This document shows positions 1 through 12,310 of a stretch of 64,000 bases of DNA, piece by piece. A program made the translations under genes and the position numbers. Position 1 is the stretch's first letter, and each line of letters starts with the position of its first letter. The notes beneath the pieces are model-generated. The model made no database searches, was not told the DNA's origin, and saw nothing but the letters and a program-made list of their open reading frames with translations. The DNA comes from Eledone cirrhosa. Its lineage: Eukaryota. Location of the stretch: positions 18,600,001-18,664,000 of the forward strand of contig OZ024757.1 in NCBI GenBank assembly GCA_964016885.1, written 5' to 3'.

Positions 1-135
1 GAACTTTCTTTCCTCTGCTTCCCTTCTTGCGAAGTACACTTGTCTCCTAGCTTCCCTCCTGGCCACTAGATAGTCTTCTCTACTTCCCCCATCCCGCCAT
101 ACTTTCCAAGCCTGCTTTTTGGCCTTAATTGACTC

Positions 136-225
136 ATATAGATATAGATATATATATAGATAGATATAGATATATATATATATATGTAGATATAGATAGA
201 TATAGGTAGATATAGATAGATATAG

Positions 226-258
<33 letters not shown>

Positions 259-270
259 TAGATATATATC
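136..270. repeat. (TA)n/(TAGA)n/(GA)n microsatellite
   Basis: Simple repeat visible directly; it explains the IYIY ORF 66..272. Confidence 0.95.
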
Positions 271-1022
271 AATGGAACTTTACATCTTGTTTGGATATTT
301 GTCTAAAGTTTCCTAGTCACATGGGGGTGTTCTGATCCCCAAATTCTCACATTATGTGTTCAGTTTCCCTGAAACATGAAAGGTTGCCTCATCACTAAAA
401 CAAACTCGGGTGAGAAATATTTCATCCTCAGAAATTCATTCCAGCATGTTGCCTGCAAACTCTTTTCATCTTGGTTTATCATTTGGTTCGAGTGCCTGTA
501 AGAGTTGCACTTTGTAAGCATACAATCGCAAGTTCTTGTTTAGGACTTTATCTACTGTTGAACATGGCAGCTGTAATTGTCTGACAGCAGTACAGATGGA
601 GTTTGTAGGAGAACGATGAAAGACTTGTCTTATACGATCGATGTTTTCCTCGGATGTTCTTCGTCGTCCACTCCTCCCTTTATCCAACAATGTCTCCAGA
701 AATTTCTTGTGCCATGCACGAATTGACGGACGTGACGGTGGATCTCTTCCATACTTAGTTCTGTAGTTTCGCCGAGTCTGCATATCTGATTTTGTTTCAA
801 TAAACCATGACACACATTGTGCTTTTTCTTGAGGAGTAGCCATTTTTAGGGGTTCGTTTAACAGTACCTCTTTCATCAACAGGATATCTGAAATACACAG
901 ATGCAGTTTGATTAAAAACTTTGATAACTGCTGAGGACATAGAACAAATCTGATTAAGATATCTCCTCAATTGCCTTTGTAATATATTTTTTAAATTGTA
1001 AAGAGAATTTATGGACACCCTG
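271..1022 (-). mobile_element. Degenerate Tc1/mariner-superfamily transposon (DUF4817-type HTH transposase), one end retained
   Basis: ORF 466..879 reads MATPQEKAQCVSWFIETKS..YGRDPPSRPSIRAWHKKF (HTH). Beyond the stop, the minus strand reads VCFSDEATFHVSGKLN..HNVRIWGS (first catalytic Asp region). The terminus CAGGGTGTCC ends at 1022 and is followed by TA. Confidence 0.85.
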
Positions 1023-1085
1023 TATATATATGTGTGTGTGTATATATATATATATATACACTCACACACCGCATTTCCATTGAAA

Positions 1086-1717
1086 TTTTCTTGTCGTGTC
1101 CACAAGAGTGTCAATTACAAAGCTTGGCTAGATATGGTTCCGCCACAGCTGAAGACATTGCTGTTCTTTCTCATTAAACTCTGCCAAGTCCAATACTGTG
1201 CAGGGGTGTGCCAGCAGGGGGGCATATCAGGAGGTGCTGCGTAGTCTGTGGTTCAATGCCACAGTCACACACAACGTGCCCCATCCATTAACCCTTTAGC
1301 ATTCATATTACTCTATATATACTATTATATTTTCATGGTAAATGCTTTATCTCACATAATTATCTCACATAATATCGAATCTATGAGATTTTTAAAGTAC
1401 TTATTTTGAGAACAATACCTTAACATCAGTTTGAGCGACCAGTTACAGCCTGTTTCAACAGAAAAGGGTAGAGAATTCTGGCCGGTTTTGGCTGGTTTGA
1501 ACATTAAAGGGTTAAAAATGCCCATTTTGCAAGATTGACTTTTGCACGTCCAACACCAGATGTTAGTCTGTTGAGGCATTTCCACACTGCATAGTTTGTA
1601 TCTGCTCCTTGGGGGCAGTGCCTCGCTCACCTTTAGCTGCATTGAGTAGGAGCCGATGTCTGTGTGTGTCTGAGGTGACGCTGTGGTAGGTTCCTTCACT
1701 CCACAGGCAACCTTGGT
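1086..1717 (-). mobile_element. 3' fragment of an Ingi/Vingi-type LINE, split by a piggyBac MITE
   Basis: The minus strand reads VWKCLNRLTSGVGRAKVNLAKWG, then after the MITE CVCDCGIEPQTTQHLLICP (C-terminal zinc motif). It ends in GACACGACAAGAA. Confidence 0.75.
1292..1511 (+). mobile_element. 220-bp non-autonomous piggyBac-type MITE
   Basis: TTAA(1288-1291)-CCCTTTA...TAAAGGG-TTAA(1512-1515); the insertion interrupts a LINE reading frame. Confidence 0.85.
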
Positions 1718-2488
1718 TTGTCCTGCCTGTTGAATGCTGGTCACTTCACCAGCTACACTGAACTAAACCTGATCATTAAGTGGGCACTAGCTCGGGTAAC
1801 TATCCCATCACTTCTGGAACCGGCTGGAATATCAAGAAGTGATGGGAAGAGACCATACGACCTTACCCTTTATCCCTGGGTAAGAGGCAGATGTCTCATG
1901 TGGGACACCACAGTCAGTGACTCTTTTTCTCCCTCCTTCAAATTATGGACGCCGCGGTAAATGTGAGGGTCGCTGCTTCCGTTACCAAACGGAATAAAAT
2001 TTGGAAATAACTGGATTTAACTAATGATTATTTTCTCCAGTCTGAGACGTTTGGTGGAACTGCGTTGCTGACAATGAAGTTCTTTTCATCGCTGGTGGCT
2101 CACTTTACTGAGGTGACAGGTGATGTCCATGAGGGTGCTTGGTTGTTTCAGCACCTTAGCCTCGCCATCACCTGCAGTAATGCTGGCAGAGTGTTGGCGT
2201 GCCTTGAAATATTCCATTGACCATTTTAATGTGTTGTGTGGTCGATTGTCACACTTGGTGGTATATTGATAGTTGTTTTTGTTATTGTCCCGATCCCCCC
2301 CATCCTTTTTTTTCTCTCACTTTCATCATATATTTTGGTGTGTTGTATTTGTAAGGTTCCAGGCAATACTTAATTGTATTTATTATATGTGTTTATATTT
2401 TCATTCTGAAAGAATTATGAACAATTTGTAATGTTATTTATACAACTTCGAATAAAATATCTGTAATGTTTCTGTTAAAAAAAAAAAA
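1718..2488 (+). mobile_element. 5'-truncated CRE-clade-like (restriction-like endonuclease) non-LTR retrotransposon with 3' UTR and poly-A
   Basis: LEPAGISRSDGKRPYDLTLYPW..G..LMWDTT..D, then ETFGG and GD..EGAWLFQHLSLAI..SNA; AATAAA near 2451 and an A-run at 2477-2488. Confidence 0.75.
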
Positions 2489-3587
2489 GGACGAGAATGA
2501 AACTCTGGCGGTCTTCCAGCTTATTCCAAAGTCTGTAAAAAAGACTTGCTGTTGTTGATTGTATAACCAAACGTAAGAGAGTTTAAACAAAATACAAAGC
2601 TATAATTCGGGATAATTTCGCTACTATTTCTAGCAGAGTGAGAGACTACATAGAGGTTTTCCTCATTGACATATAATTGATATTTTACTGGTGGATATTT
2701 TTTCATTTGTCATCGGTTAAATACGATTGGAACTGTCTGAATGTATTAAATTGTATCAGGGACTTTTACCGTATATCACCGGTGTCGTTTAACAGAGGTG
2801 TAATATTGTTAACGACACCGTATACCTGCTATTTTCATTATAACTTTAATTAATCTAGTTATAACTTGTGTAGCAATTATATATTTATACACACAGTTTT
2901 CTTTCCCGACATCAGTCTTACACTGTCATATCTATTCTTACTTTACAATTGTGTCTACTAAGACTTCCATTACAATATGTAGTAGAAAAAATACTATTTC
3001 ACCAGAACATCTGCTATCAGTCGTTTATGGACAATATATATATTAGACCACATATCAACCTTATAAATACATATTTCCTACCAAATCTGTGGCTAATGAC
3101 ATATAGTCAGCTTCACTACTTCATTCTGACAAGATATAAATTCATGGAATATAGCTAATAAAATCTTTGAAACTTCTAATTTGACAACCAAGAAATTATT
3201 TCTTTACTTGTTTAGTAAAAGCTAACAATACAACCGAAGGAGGTAAGTTGACAGATTTACTTGAAGTCTATAATAATGTATGGTTTAAGTTGTGTTTTGT
3301 ACAGACATCACACAATGTTATATGATGTAATATTAAAAACAAATTAAAGTCAGTTGATATTTCAATTAAAAGTTTTTTTAATATTTGACTAATTTTTCTG
3401 TTTGTGTTATTAAACGGGAAAAGGAGGAAGAACTTATAAAACTTGTTAAAACGGTAAATGTTTCGTGTTTTATTATTCGTTAGTATAAAATAAGATGAAA
3501 CGGAGTGAAAAAAAAAGAATTAAATATTAAAATTAATTAAACTAGAGGTTGTAAGTATAACTTGGATTAGTATCAGTTTATATATAT

Positions 3588-3692
3588 AATTGTTTCTACT
3601 TTTGGCACAAGGCCAGCCATTAACCAGTGTATTACTGGTACTTTATTTTATCGACCCCGACGGAATTTGAACTCAGACCGTAAAGGGGCATA
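3588..3692 (-). mobile_element. tRNA-derived SINE family A, partial
   Basis: Reverse complement of GGGGTCGATAAAATAAAGTACCAG...GCTGGCCTTGTGCCAAAAGTAGAAACAATT, seen in more than 15 other copies in this window. Confidence 0.8.
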
Positions 3693-3696
3693 TATA

Positions 3697-3920
3697 ATCA
3701 TCATCATTTAACGTCCATCTTCCACGCTAGGACGGGCTGTCCTTTTGTGAGAGATCAGATCGGGGGACCCTGATTCGCTCACACAAAACTGATTTGGGCT
3801 TGCTTTCTACGGCTGGATGACCTTCCTAACGCCAACCACATTTACAGTGTGTGCTGGGTGCTTTTCGTCGTGATATCTACACGACCACTTTACAGTGTGG
3901 ACTGGGCGCTTTTGTCGTGG
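3697..3920 (-). mobile_element. SINE family B / RTE-type 3' tail
   Basis: Reverse complement of GTGGTTGGCGTTAGGAAGG..ATCCAGCCGTAGAAA...GGACGTTAAATGATGATG. Confidence 0.75.
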
Positions 3921-4089
3921 CTCCAGGGGGGGGGGGATCACTTTGTGAAGGGTTGGGAACTTGGGAGGAGTGGGGAAGATGCATGGGAAAATTGGAGGTG
4001 TAGGTAGAGGGGTGGGATGATTGTGAGGTAGATTTATGGTAGGGGAAAGTGTTGCCTACTAGATATATACCTCAGCTCGAGAATATAAG

Positions 4090-6450
4090 AGGGCGGGTCT
4101 TCATAGCGCCAGAGGTCACGGTCCCGTATCATCGCCTTAGTGAGGTGTAACTGAGCAAGTTCAGCTTTTATTACCTCATCCCAAGTCTTCCTAGGCATGC
4201 CAAGTCCATGGCTACCGTCAACTTTGAGCGCTCTGCACCTTTTTATACAGCTGTCATCCTTCATAAACATCATGTGTCCATACCAATGCAATCTCCTCTC
4301 CTGCATACAACAACTGATCCCTCTTATGCCTCATTACTCACATATATTGCTATTGCACATCCAGTGAAGCATGGAGGCATCATTTCTTTCCAATCTCTGC
4401 AGGTCCTCAGCACACAGTGCCCAGGTCGTACTGCTGTTCAACATAGTCTGCCTTTCATTTTGAGGGGGAAACCTTTTGTAGTTAGCAACAGTAGTAGCTC
4501 CCTGAACTTTCTCCAACCCAATCTCATTCTGGTTACTGTACTTTCAGAACACCCACCCCCACTGCTGGTTTGGTCACCCAAGTAACAGAAACTATCTACC
4601 ACATCTATAGAGCCCTCTGGGTGATTGTATCCTGAGAGCTCTTGCTACTTATTGCCCCTGTGCACTGACCACATGTAAAACATACATTCTTTGTTAGCCT
4701 GCCTGAGATCCCACTCCATCTCTGGTGTACCCATAGCTTGCACTTGGGACATAGAATGGAATTTCTACCTATTCATAGTCATTGTTAATTCTGACCTTGC
4801 TGACTGTTCTGTAAATGGCTTGTACTGCCCTCACAAGCCACTTGTCAACTCCTAGTTTTCTATGAGTCCACCAGATAATGGAACGGGGGACTCTGTCAAA
4901 AGCTTTCTCCAGATCTACAAAAGTGAAGTAGAGGGGTTTACTCTTAGCTAGGTACTTCTGCAGTTGTCTAACAAGGAAGAGGGCATCAGTGGTACTTTTA
5001 CCTGGTTCAAACCCAGACTGCATCTCATCTAGATTAACTCGTTCCCTAATCAACTGAGCTATGATGATTTCAGTGACCTTTATAACCTTGTCAATCAACT
5101 TAATGCCTCTATAGTTTTCTCTATCTAGAGCACCTCCTTTGCCCTTGTAGCAGTTTACGATGATGCTGCTACACCAGTCATTGGGAATGACACCATTTTG
5201 TATGACTTGGTTTACAATGCGGGAGACTAAGATGTGGCCCACCATTCCTGAAGTTTTCAACATCTCAGCAACTATCCCTGAGGGGCCAGCTACCCTGCCT
5301 GACTTCATATTCTTGATTGCCTTACTTACCATACTACCGCTAACTTGTACAGTCGGTCCCTCTGTTGGGTCGACATGTGACAGACTCTTTATACCATGCA
5401 TTCTCCTCATTTAGTAGTCTTTCATAGTGGCACTTCCATACTACCTTCTTTTCAGTGTCAGTGAGGGCAAGTTCGCCAAAATCATTTCAGACACACTTCT
5501 CCCATCACAATTTTCCCTGACACACTATCTAGCGATCCTGAACACCTTACGTCTTTGATCCTCACGCTGCAAGACATGCTTAAAATTTTTGTTTTCTGCT
5601 TCTCTTCTAGCAAGGTAAACTTGTCACCTAGCTTCTCTCCTAGCCTTCTGGTAAAGTTCCCCACTACCTCTATTACGCCAATCTTTCCAAGCCTGTTGTT
5701 TCATCCACTTTACTATTCCACCACCAAGTCACTCTGTCTTCCTAGGGACCTACTCTAACCACAGATTTCATCTGTCGCCTTCAGTAGGTTACCTTTCAGG
5801 AACTACCACTGCTCCTCTATATTGTGTGTCTCTATTTGCTCGTCTTTGCTGTCGAAGGCGTCAGTCAACATATTTCTAAATTTGTCACTGTTTGATGGGT
5901 CTTTTAACTTCCATACTCTTCTCCTCCAGATTGGTTGCCATTGCCAGGTTCTTTTAGCCCTGACTATAAGGTTGCTACTGAGTTAGGTTGGGAGGTACGT
6001 TCTTCAATAGGGAGGGACTTTGTGTTCGTAACAGTCACTCTGTCTCATCTTCAGGTAAGAATGAAATCAATTTGGCTGGCGTGCTCACCTGATCTATAGG
6101 TTATTAAGTGGTTGTCTTATTTTTTGATATTCGTGTTACAGATAGATAGGTCATTTATGTCGCAGAATTCCAGCAGTCTAAAACGTTGTCATTTCTAGTG
6201 CCGAACGCGTAACCCCTGTGGATCTCATTGAAGGCCTCCCAGTGTTGGCTAACATGCCCGTTAAAGTCACCTGCAATGAGTATGAGGTTGCTGTTTATTT
6301 AGTAGTGTGTATTAGGGACTCATAAAACCTTTCTTTTAGTTTATCTGGCTGTCCAGATTGAGGAGCGTAGGCAGATATAATTGTCATGGTTGTTCTATTT
6401 AGTACAATTCTTTAATTATTCTGTGATATACTGTTTACATCAATTCTTTG
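4090..6450 (-). mobile_element. Degenerate RTE-clade LINE (APE and RT fragments)
   Basis: GDFNGHV (APE); GPSGIVAEMLK, NYRGIKL, QSGFEPGKSTTDALF, FVDLEKAFDRVPR (RT); RRLHWYGHMM..PRKTWDEV (C-terminus); many frameshifts. Confidence 0.9.
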
Positions 6451-7239
6451 TCTACCCATTTTATTGTTATGTCTACCTATTTTATGTGTTAATACATAGA
6501 ATTTAACTAATTGGAGTCATAAACAGTTAACACCAGATTATACATTTTTCTCTTATACACAAATTAATCAGCAATTACCTCCCCTTTCCAATTAGCTCCC
6601 CTTAGTGTAGATCTGTAATCACTTCTTGAAATTAAACCGTCAGACAGATCACTCCAGAACAACTCTAATCTTTGATAAGATTGTAGTGAGACCAATACAC
6701 AATCCATAGTTGTAGCTACTGATAAATATTTCCTAAAATATAACCAATGTAATGGAAAGGAAAACCTTGGTATTAACACTCACAGCACATATATATTTGA
6801 ACATTACTGGAACAATTATCACACTACATCCACCATAAACTTCATAGAAACTGCTTTTCATACCCACACATCTCTGCCTGCTTGATATGCTTTTACACCT
6901 GTATTGTATTATGTGATACCTTTGCCATACTGTGATATATATGCTTAGTACCATAGCTTGTTTTTTCATCTTGTTACTCTGTACATGCCTAACACATCTG
7001 CACTCTTTCTTTACGTTTGCCTATGTACCGCTAATGTCCTCATTTTGCGAGTAACTTTCTTCTTTAATTCTTCTATAATTGTTGTATTATTATTTTATAA
7101 TCTTTGTCGCATCCAATGATACTAACCACATCACCTTCACTTTTTAAATATGACACCGTAGGTGACCACAGTAATATCTACGTTCCTTTGCGATTGTTCT
7201 GTGGAATAGGATGTTAATTATATGTCTAAACTTTGCTAA

Positions 7240-7286
7240 TGCTCTGATGATTCCAAACGAAAGTTTGGAGGAAACGATTGTCAGCA
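7240..7286 (+). ncRNA. Type I hammerhead ribozyme motif (Penelope-like-element type)
   Basis: TGCT-CTGATGA-TTCCAAAC(GAAA)GTTTGGAG-GAAAC(GATT)GTC-AGCA. Intact core, GUC cleavage triplet at 7280-7282, AATAAA immediately after. Confidence 0.7.
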
Positions 7287-7481
7287 ATAAAATGTTTTGA
7301 ACATAATTTTGATTATTCTCTAATTTATATTCCTGCTCAGTAAGACATCTGATGTATTTACATTGAGCTATTTTTCAAACTGGTATTAAGGTGGTATAAA
7401 AAAATACTGACCTTTCCTGTTTATAATTATATATAGTGTATATATAAGTATAAATAATATTATTATTATTATTATTATATA

Positions 7482-7676
7482 TAGGTGGATTGGCAGTATC
7501 GGTAGAGAGTCGGACACCATGCTTTGACGCATAGATTTACGCCCCTTGCTATTCTGAGTTCAAATCCCGCCAAGGTTAACTTTGCCTTTCATCCTTCCGG
7601 GGTCGATAAAATAAAGTACCAGTAATGCACTGGGTAATTGCTGGCCTTGTGCCAAAAGTAGAAACAATTATTATTA
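7482..7676 (+). mobile_element. SINE family A, near full length
   Basis: GGTGGATTGGCAG..CGGTAGA (A-box-like), GAGTTCAAATCC (B box), GCCTTTCATCCTTCCGGGGTCGATAAAATAAAGTACCAG core, (ATT)n tail. Confidence 0.85.
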
Positions 7677-8236
7677 TATATAAATATATATATATATACC
7701 ATTTAAGTTATTTTGATCAGCTAAGTGTAGAACTGGTGGTTCTGGTAGGTAAACCATGAGGCAACAAATTATTAAAGCACTCAACGTTAAGGACATCATA
7801 GATGTGGTATACAATGGTTGGCAGAGGAAATGGAGTAAAGTATATATAAAACTACAACAGAAGGCCGGACTGGAAGATATGCTGTAAATTGTAATTCCCT
7901 GAAATCACTATAAATATTTCAATGACACAGCACCATCATCCGATTATGATGTAAGACAGGACAGTCTCATCAGTGGCCATCACATATAACGACACACACA
8001 CACACAACAATTTACACAAGAAAGTTGCTTCCATGAGATAATACATACGGCAATTGGCGTCATCCTTCTGCTTCTCATGAATACAGCAAATGTACATTAC
8101 CGGAACAATACTACAGCAAATGTCAAACAATGCTTGAAAGCAGTTTATAAATTTTAAATTTAAATCTAATTTCAAAGCTAACAGACTAAATAGTCAGAAT
8201 GACTGATATTTAAAAGAGCAGTGTTTCTTGACCATT

Positions 8237-8515
8237 TTGTATGGACCTGTAACTCTTGGTGGAGTCATAGGGGACACCTTAGTGACATACATTGTTTCTT
8301 GGACATTTTAAACCTGATGGAGGCCACAGCCTCCTTCCAAATTTGAATACAGCTGATTTCTTATAGACAAAGGGATATATTTATTATGTATGGATCTGTA
8401 ACTCCTGGTGCAGTAAAAGGGGCACTGTAGCAATATACAGCATTCTTTGGGTATTTTTCGAAACCTGGTGGAGCCCATATCCTCTATTCAGGTCTGAACA
8501 TAGCCAATTTCTCCA
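8237..8515 (+). repeat. Unclassified dispersed repeat (family D), two tandem ~150-bp units
   Basis: TGTATGGA.CTGTAACTC.TGGTG.AGT..AGGGG..C...AAACCTG.TGGAG.CCA occurs twice; similar copies at 18783-19030 (+), ~23290-23345 (+) and 63670-63790 (-). Confidence 0.6.
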
Positions 8516-8559
8516 TAAGAAGGAGAGAGAGTGCTAGAGAGGAAATGAGAAAAAGATAC

Positions 8560-8780
8560 ACTGAGGGAATCGACTCACTTTAATAAAAAGAAGGTTAAAC
8601 TGGTTTGGATGTGTCATCAGGTGAGGAGATAATAGCTATATTAGAAAGTCCTATATGAACAAATTTCCTGAGAAAAGGGTATAGGGCAGACCTCCCAAGA
8701 GATAGAAGGATCAAATTTGAGAGGATGCTGGAATACCACTGCTCACATAGGAAAGAATTCCTCAGGCCAGGAAAGTTATT
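8560..8780 (+). mobile_element. Degenerate RTE-like LINE 3' fragment
   Basis: RRLNWFGCVIR...GRPPKR.KDQI motif with stops. Confidence 0.55.
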
Positions 8781-9253
8781 TACAGTTTACCAATATAGAA
8801 ATGTAAAATTTCCAGTTAAAATGTCTGCTTTTTTAGTATTCTCTAATATCTCATACTATTGCTTTCTTTTTTCAGAATACCAAATAACATTGGGATAAAT
8901 TACTTTTTAAACCTTGGATAAATCATCAACATTTATCATCATTTAAAGACTAAAGTGTTTTACACAGAACTGATATAACACTGTTTATATAAATCTATGG
9001 CTGACTTACTGTGAAATATTTCTTCAGAAGTGGGGTTTTGGGCAAAATTTCTTTTCTTCACTCTCTGGAATGTTTACGAGAGGGTTTTGTATTTTAATTA
9101 AATTTGGATGACAAAGAAGTTTTCGTAATCTTCAGATATTAACTGAGATCACAGTTGATATAATAGAAATATAGAATAAGACAATATTTCTAGAAATATA
9201 ATATAAATATAACACAAGAAAAATATCTATATACTTTGTTGAGAAGAAGAAAC

Positions 9254-10351
9254 ATGGAAAATAAATTGAGGGAGAAAAAGATTAAATGTGAAACACTATC
9301 TAAAAGTATTAGTATTCCTAATGAGATACCAAAGAATAGTGGAGAGAAGCCATACCACTGTGATATCTGTAAAAAGTCATTCTCTGATAAGAAAAACTTA
9401 ACTAAACACATACATATTCATAGAGGACAAAAGACATATCACTGTGATATCTGTAGTAAATCATTCTCTCTAAATTCTACTTTTATTATTCACAAACGTA
9501 TACATACAGGAAAGAAGCCATACCACTGTGATATCTGTGATAAATCATTCTCTCAAAAAGTACACCTAACAACACACAAGCTTATTCATACAGGGGAAAA
9601 GCCATATCACTGTGGTATCTGTGGTAAATCATTCTCTGTAAGTGGTTCCTTAACATTACACATACTTATTCATACAGGAGAGAGGCTATACCACTGTGAT
9701 ATCTGTGATAAATCATTCTCTCAAAAAGGACACTTAACAACTCACAAGCTTATTCATACAGGAGAGAAGCCATACCACTGTGATATATGTGGTCAATCGT
9801 TCTCTCTCAATAGTTCCTTAACAAAACACAAACGTATTCATACAGGAGAGAAACCATATCTCTGTGATATCTGTGGTAAATCCTTCTCTCAAAAAGGAAA
9901 CTTAAATATTCACAAAAGTATTCATACAGGACAAAATCTATATCATTGTCAGATCTGCAGTAAATCATTCTCTATAAATGAGAGCTTAACTAAACACAAA
10001 CGAATTCATACAGGAGAGAGGCCATATCATTGTAATATCTGTAGCAAATCATTCTCTGTAAGTAGTTCCTTAACAAAGCACATACGTATTCATACAGGAG
10101 AGAAGCCATATCACTGTGATATCTGTAGTAAATCATTCTCTCTAAATTCTACCTTTATTAGTCACAAACGTATACATACAGGAGAGAAACCATACCGCTG
10201 TGATATCTGTGATAAGTCATTCTCTCAAAAAGGACATTTAACAAAGCACAAATTTATTCATACAGGGGAGAAGGCATATCACTGTAATATCTGTGGTAAA
10301 TCATTCTCTGGGAGTAGTTCCTTAACTAAGCACAAACAAACACATACATGA
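9254..10351 (+). CDS. C2H2 zinc-finger protein, 12 tandem fingers, 365 aa, single coding exon
   Basis: ATG at 9254 (MENKL...) followed by 12 YxCxxCxKSFSxxxxLxxHxxxH units with TGEKP-type linkers. Candidate acceptor TTTTTTCAG at 8875 and candidate upstream donor AG|GTAAGT at 3243. Confidence 0.9.
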   Translation: MENKLREKKIKCETLSKSISIPNEIPKNSGEKPYHCDICKKSFSDKKNLTKHIHIHRGQKTYHCDICSKSFSLNSTFIIHKRIHTGKKPYHCDICDKSFSQKVHLTTHKLIHTGEKPYHCGICGKSFSVSGSLTLHILIHTGERLYHCDICDKSFSQKGHLTTHKLIHTGEKPYHCDICGQSFSLNSSLTKHKRIHTGEKPYLCDICGKSFSQKGNLNIHKSIHTGQNLYHCQICSKSFSINESLTKHKRIHTGERPYHCNICSKSFSVSSSLTKHIRIHTGEKPYHCDICSKSFSLNSTFISHKRIHTGEKPYRCDICDKSFSQKGHLTKHKFIHTGEKAYHCNICGKSFSGSSSLTKHKQTHT

Positions 10352-10965
10352 GAGAAGCCATATCACTGTGATATCTGTGGTAAATCATTCTCTGAAAGTA
10401 GGTCCTTAACTATGCACAACTGTCTACATTCAGTGATAAATTATTCTCTCAAAAAAGAAACTTAACAACTCACAATCTTATTCATACAGGAGAGCAGGGA
10501 TATCATTATGATATCTGTGGTAAATTATTCTCTGTAAGTAGTAATTTAACTATACACAAACATACACATACAGGACAAAAACCATATCACTGTGATATCT
10601 GTGTAAATCATTCTCTCGTCATTTTAGTTTAACTACACACAAATGTATACATAAAGAACAGAAGCCATATCACTGTGATATCTGTGGTAAATCATTGTGC
10701 AACAGGTAATTTAACTAAGCACAAATATATACATACAGGAGAGTAACCATGTTACTATGACATCTGCGGTAAATCATTCTCTGTAAGAAGTTACTTCACT
10801 GGACACTAACATATACATACAAGAGTGAAGCCATATCACTGTGATGTCTGGTAAATTATTCTCTCAAATTACTCACTTTGCTAGATACTAACATATACAT
10901 ACAGAAGAGAAGCCATATCACTGTGATGTCTGTGGTAAATCATTCTCATGTAAAAGTTGTTTAAT
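10352..10965 (+). pseudogene. Decayed continuation of the ZNF array (~8 fingers) downstream of the stop
   Basis: GAGAAGCCATATCACTGTGATATCTGTGGTAAATCATTCTCT units continue with stops, indels and lost cysteines. Confidence 0.85.
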
Positions 10966-11479
10966 GAAACAAAAAAAAAACGATAAAAACCACACCAGTC
11001 ACCCAGAATTGGTCCACCTATATTGTAAATGTTCATAATAAAACTGGTTTACTAAAATATTACTCTCCTCTCAGTTTATTTGTAGAAGATCTAACCAAGA
11101 CCTGTGTTGAAACTACTGTATGGTATAGAACTTATGAATTTGGTCAATTTATTATCCAAGTTGAATATGATTCCGAATGAATAGAATGGGACACACTCAG
11201 TAAACCCTGTAAAATGGTGAATAAATAAACCAAGACAACATAGGGTAGATGTGACCCTTACGGTCCCTGGAGTACCTGACAACTTCTGCTGTTCCTAGGA
11301 TAAAAGACACCCAGTATACTCTGTAAATAGTTGGCTATTGAATGAAGATTATAAAAGCTAAAAAGATTTCTTCAGTCTTGCCAAGTACATGAAAACATTT
11401 CTAGTGCCAGTGTCATGATAAAATACACCCAGTATGCTCTGTAATGTGGTAGTCCTGGTGCCATCATATCATATTATAT

Positions 11480-12310
11480 TATGTTGTGGGCAATGCTAGG
11501 TCAGGTGACTATGTCTTGCTCATACAGGACTGTTTCTGGCTTGGTTTCTACTGTGTGGGCTGGGTGCTTTTTGTTATGTCGCCATCGTGACCACTTTACA
11601 GTGTGGGCTGGAGGCTTCGCTAGATATATGCTACAGCCTGTCCTTCTGAGAGATGTGGGGGTGGTGCATACAATATATATGCTTCTGCTATGGCCTGTGC
11701 CCGTGAGAAGGCAGGTCTTCTGTATTACTGCATAACACCAGAGATCTCCATCCTGTGACATCACCTTTGAGAGGTGCAATTGATTGAGGTCAGCTTTTAT
11801 TACCTCATCCCAAGTCTGACTGGGTCTCCCCACTCCAAGGCTTCCATCAACTTTGAGGGTTCGGCACCTTTTTATACAGCTGTCATTCTTTATACGCATC
11901 ACATGTCCATAGCAATGCAGTTTCCTCTCTTGCACACTGCATCTGATCCCTCTTATGCCTAGTTTCTCTCTCAGTTTGTTTATGCTTCATGTATATTACT
12001 ATTACACATCCATCAGAGCATGCAAGCTTCATTTCTCTCCAATCTATGCAAGTCTTCTGCACACACTGACCAGGTCTCATAGTTCCCTGTGCCACAATCT
12101 GGTACGTTCTTAGAAAACCAGGGGAGCAGTCAGCCAAGTTAGGATTAACGACTATAACAAGGAATTAAGTGTGCAGGTGGGCGTTCACCAGGGCTCTGTT
12201 TTTAGCTCTCTCCTGTTTATTATCATACTGCAGGCTATAACAGAGGAGTTTAAGACTAGCTGCCCATGAGAACTTCTATACATAACTGATCTTACACTCA
12301 TAGCGGTGTC
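11480..12310 (-). mobile_element. RTE LINE 3' fragment with family-B tail, plus an inverted RT segment (12120-12310, +)
   Basis: ERKLHCYGHVMR..GRPSQTWDEV on the minus strand; VGVHQGSVFSSLLFIIILQAITEEFK on the plus strand. Confidence 0.8.

Noticed and set aside
2520-3160. Short AT-rich ORFs of 61-69 aa
   Set aside because: No recognisable motif, codon bias or splice context.
7482-7575. tRNA-like A/B boxes (many copies)
   Set aside because: They are SINE heads continuing into a shared core and tail; no cloverleaf is evident.
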